From contig OU015568.1 of the NCBI GenBank assembly GCA_907165135.1, positions 6,510,001-6,574,000 on the forward strand: DNA of 64,000 nucleotides, in the 5' to 3' direction. Position numbers and translations under genes: made by a program. Below the pieces are notes generated by a model. The model was given only the letters and a program-made list of their open reading frames with translations, did no database searches and had not been told where the DNA came from. Shown piece by piece: positions 61,801 to 64,000 of the stretch (positions within the stretch are counted from its first letter, which is position 1; each line of letters starts with the position of its first letter). This stretch comes from Oikopleura dioica. Its lineage: Eukaryota; Animalia; Chordata.

Positions 61801-63723
61801 CATCGCGTGCGAAGTGGCGCACAGAAAGGAAAGGTTCGACCAAATGTCAAAGCTATCATTTCGCTGAAAACGCACCCCCGCGTTCTTATTTACTGATAAC
61901 GCGCGAAATAACATGCGATAAGGGGCCTGTTCTTCAAGTTACGCAACATTGTTATCGTAATTTTATACAGTTATAACACAAAATTTACAGTGAGATTAAA
62001 TTCTTTTCATCATTTTTTGAGAAAGCAAGAGTCGACAAGTTAAGGGTTCCTCGGGGTTAATGAATTTTAAGTGAACATATTGACACCCTTATTTTCTGGG
62101 CTCGTCAAACAGTGTAGAAAACCTGAGTCAGGTTCGGAAGAGCTTTCTTCAGAAGCTGGCTCAGATTTTCGAAACAGGTTGATGAGCCCAGAAAATAAGG
62201 GTGTCAGTACGTTAACTCAAAATTCATTCACCCCGAAGAACCGTAAACTTGTCGGTAATTACTTTAATTATTGAGTTTCTATGTCAATTTTAATTGATTT
62301 AGCAGCGTTTTCAATTCATCGCGTCTAAGTGTCAATGAAATTGAAGCTGCTGTTATGATGATAACTTTGAGTAATCAGCGACCTTTTGATGATATTCAAT
62401 TCAATATCGAGTTCGCCAGAACATGACGTGGCGAATTCTAAAAAAATAACGATGGTTGAACCAGTTTCAGGCGCACGCAGATGGAAATGTCGAAGGTTTT
62501 CTTGACCCAAACGACTTTTCGTATCCGGCAATCAACCCCGAAACCGGCGAAATCGAAAATGTTCAAGTCAGTGGCAGCGAACTCGGCGAAAATTCAGCGC
62601 TCTACTAGCTGAAAATTAAATTATTACGTTCTACTGCACCTTTCTTTTTCAACTTGTACAGTTTTTATTATATTTTCGCCGAAGTGAGGAGAAAAATGGC
62701 CGCCGCTCGAACGTAATTTAATGAGTTCGTGAAAATATACGCCCACAGCTCGGTGGGTATTGCGACGACTCATTGGATTTGACAGTCGGATGATCGGATG
62801 TGAGATAATTTCGCCGATTCCGACTGTTGATCAAACAGATTAAATAATTTAAAATTCTACGATCATCATCATCTTTCTTTAGTCTATGCACAAGATGTTC
62901 TCGTATAAGGTCCAAGAATGTCATTAAAATTTCGAAAATTCGATATCTATTCAGTAATAAAAATTGAGTTAAAGAAACCAATAGGGTTTAAGAATTTAGT
63001 GTGCTGATTATTAAATTCTTTATAGGCGGAACTCGAAAATTTACGACTGTATCTTTACTATAACAAACGCTGTATCTATTGAAAACTCATTATATGGAGA
63101 ATCTGTGAACCACAAAAGCCCTGGTTAAAGTCGGCAATCTTCGGAAAGCCCTGTCGATTCTGAAACGCCCTTCATTTTTGGAAAACACCACTGAGTTTCC
63201 AATAGATACAGCGTTTGTTATTAGTAAAGATACAGTCGTAAATTTTCAAGAACGCAAGTTTCGCCCATAATGAATTTGATAATCAACGCACTTAATTCTT
63301 TAACCGGATTTGTTTCTTTAACTCGATTTCTATTACTGAATAGATATCGAATTAGCGACATCGATTCAAATTCTCCTCATGACGCCCCGCTGCCGCAATT
63401 CGCCAAGACAATAAATAAACATCAACCTTTACATTTGTTATTTTGTCTCGCCATATTTCTTGAAATCGAATCTCCTAATAAATATGTTTTACATCTCCCA
63501 ACACGCAACCACCAAAAATGAAACAAATTTAGCTTTATCTGGAACAACTCGTCATGTTACGATCCATATTGGAGCATTTTGCCGATCCTGATTCTCGGAC
63601 ATCAGCTGTCGGAGAAATCAGCACTTGTTGGACGAGATTATGTCATTGCCACGGTTGTTCTTCTTTGGGGAGTCAGACTGACTTACAACTGGATGCGGAG
63701 CTTCAGAGCCTGGTCTCATCAAG
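55891..63723 (+). CDS. DUF1295 / steroid 5-alpha-reductase-like membrane protein with a 7.2-kb intron; continues beyond the window
   Basis: Exons 55891-56045, 56240-56320 and 63533-63723 give ...YYLLIDLACTGVIFCFS|FIWNNSSCYDPYWSILP...LLWGVRLTYNW...WSHQ. The phase-2 junction across 56321-63532 restores the conserved F-S-x-x-x-NSS-x-YDPYWS motif. Confidence 0.75.
56531..57104. mobile_element. Foldback/MITE with inverted arms of about 230 bp
   Basis: aaaatgacattctcggg...accgggacccgtaacttttaagtttg...gagcagctcgagatctatttgcgga matches the reverse complement of about 56862-57104. Confidence 0.85.
57562..61867 (+). CDS. Multi-C2H2 zinc-finger protein nested on the same strand in the DUF1295 intron; 5' end approximate
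   Basis: Exons ~57737-58214, 58553-58677, ~59957-60164, 60724-60802 and/or 60842-60920, 61193-61265 and 61623-61867. Fingers CKRCDYK..H, CPFCDK..KTHMLSC, CDVCGQGYNTKRHLK-EHLSVH, CTMCDRNYTTNQK-LRFHMTSAH and CPLCPRKLMTPNNLSGHLKTVH. Confidence 0.75.
59706..59903. mobile_element. Foldback palindrome of about 200 bp
   Basis: gaattccaatggttactatagtaagaat is a perfect 28-bp inverted repeat at the two ends, and imperfect pairing continues to the centre. Confidence 0.85.
60560..60672 (+). mobile_element. Partial copy of the CCTGAGTCAGG-TIR MITE family
   Basis: Aligns with the right half of 63768-63938 (gcgaagccgcttcg-ggct...aagccgc...gcggctttt...cctgactcagg). Confidence 0.7.
62044..62242. mobile_element. 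MITE with inverted arms of about 65 bp
   Basis: ggttcctcggggttaatgaattttaag...tgacacccttattttctgggctcgtcaa versus ttgatgagcccagaaaataagggtgtca...aaaattcattcaccccgaagaacc. Confidence 0.8.
62937..63353. mobile_element. MITE with inverted arms of about 140 bp and AATT flanks
   Basis: aatt|cgatatctattcagtaat...ttacgactgtatctttacta versus tagtaaagatacagtcgtaa...attactgaatagatatcg|aatt. Confidence 0.85.
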
Positions 63724-63767
63724 GTAAGGCATTGGTATGTCTATGCTTTCGATCTAGGCTCGGTAAC

Positions 63768-63938
63768 CTGTGTTGAAAACCTGAGTCAGGGTCGCAAAAT
63801 AGTACCAATAATCATTACAATTGTAATACATTTGTATTTTACCCTTAGCGAAGCCGCTTCGTGGCTTCTTTTTTGAAAAAGCCGCGTTGCGGCTTTTCGT
63901 TAAAGATCTTTCAAATCCTGACTCAGGTTTTGACATGC
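63768..63938. mobile_element. Full-length copy of the CCTGAGTCAGG-TIR MITE family
   Basis: tgttgaaaacctgagtcagg ... cctgactcaggttttgaca, with two internal AAGCCGC-nnn-GCGGCTT hairpins. Confidence 0.75.
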
Positions 63939-64000
63939 TGCCGAGCTCAGCTTTCGATTTTTTGGAGTTATTTCCGCTGAAAAATCGAGGTTTTTTTTCG

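Noticed and set aside
62718-63521. Two ORFs sharing VSLTxFLLLNRYRI on opposite strands
   Set aside because: They are simply the two arms of the 62937-63353 inverted-repeat element, not paralogous genes.

Overview
Very compact, intron-rich animal DNA. Genes are densely packed, most introns are about 35-110 nt, several introns have non-canonical GA-AG, GC-AG or GG-AG ends, and many start codons sit directly behind an AG acceptor. This strongly suggests the larvacean tunicate Oikopleura dioica (inference, no database search). About 28 spliced protein-coding genes were reconstructed by hand. Recognisable ones are SNF8, RABGAP1, a shortened ATR, TOP3A, UBXN7, an arylsulfatase, a folate-receptor-fold membrane protein, two GSTs, SRP54, UCHL3, DYNLT1, RFC4, LCA5, a Rab3/8-like GTPase, FKBP3, GINS3, SWT1, TXNDC9 and a DUF1295 protein. 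There are also many MITE or foldback elements. No rRNA, tRNA or CRISPR array was seen. The most notable observations are five. (1) A C2H2 zinc-finger gene is nested on the same strand inside a 7.2-kb intron, with a duplicated exon pair offering two alternative His pairs for one finger. (2) A TIR element with a 9-bp target-site duplication interrupts the UBXN7 coding sequence and can only be tolerated if it is spliced out. (3) An orphan protein carries ten GFYY repeats. (4) The two GSTs have MGC acylation motifs, and one is a two-domain fusion. (5) A histone-fold paralog carries a PIP box, and there is an unannotated 60-aa secreted peptide gene. All exon boundaries were derived by eye and some termini are approximate.
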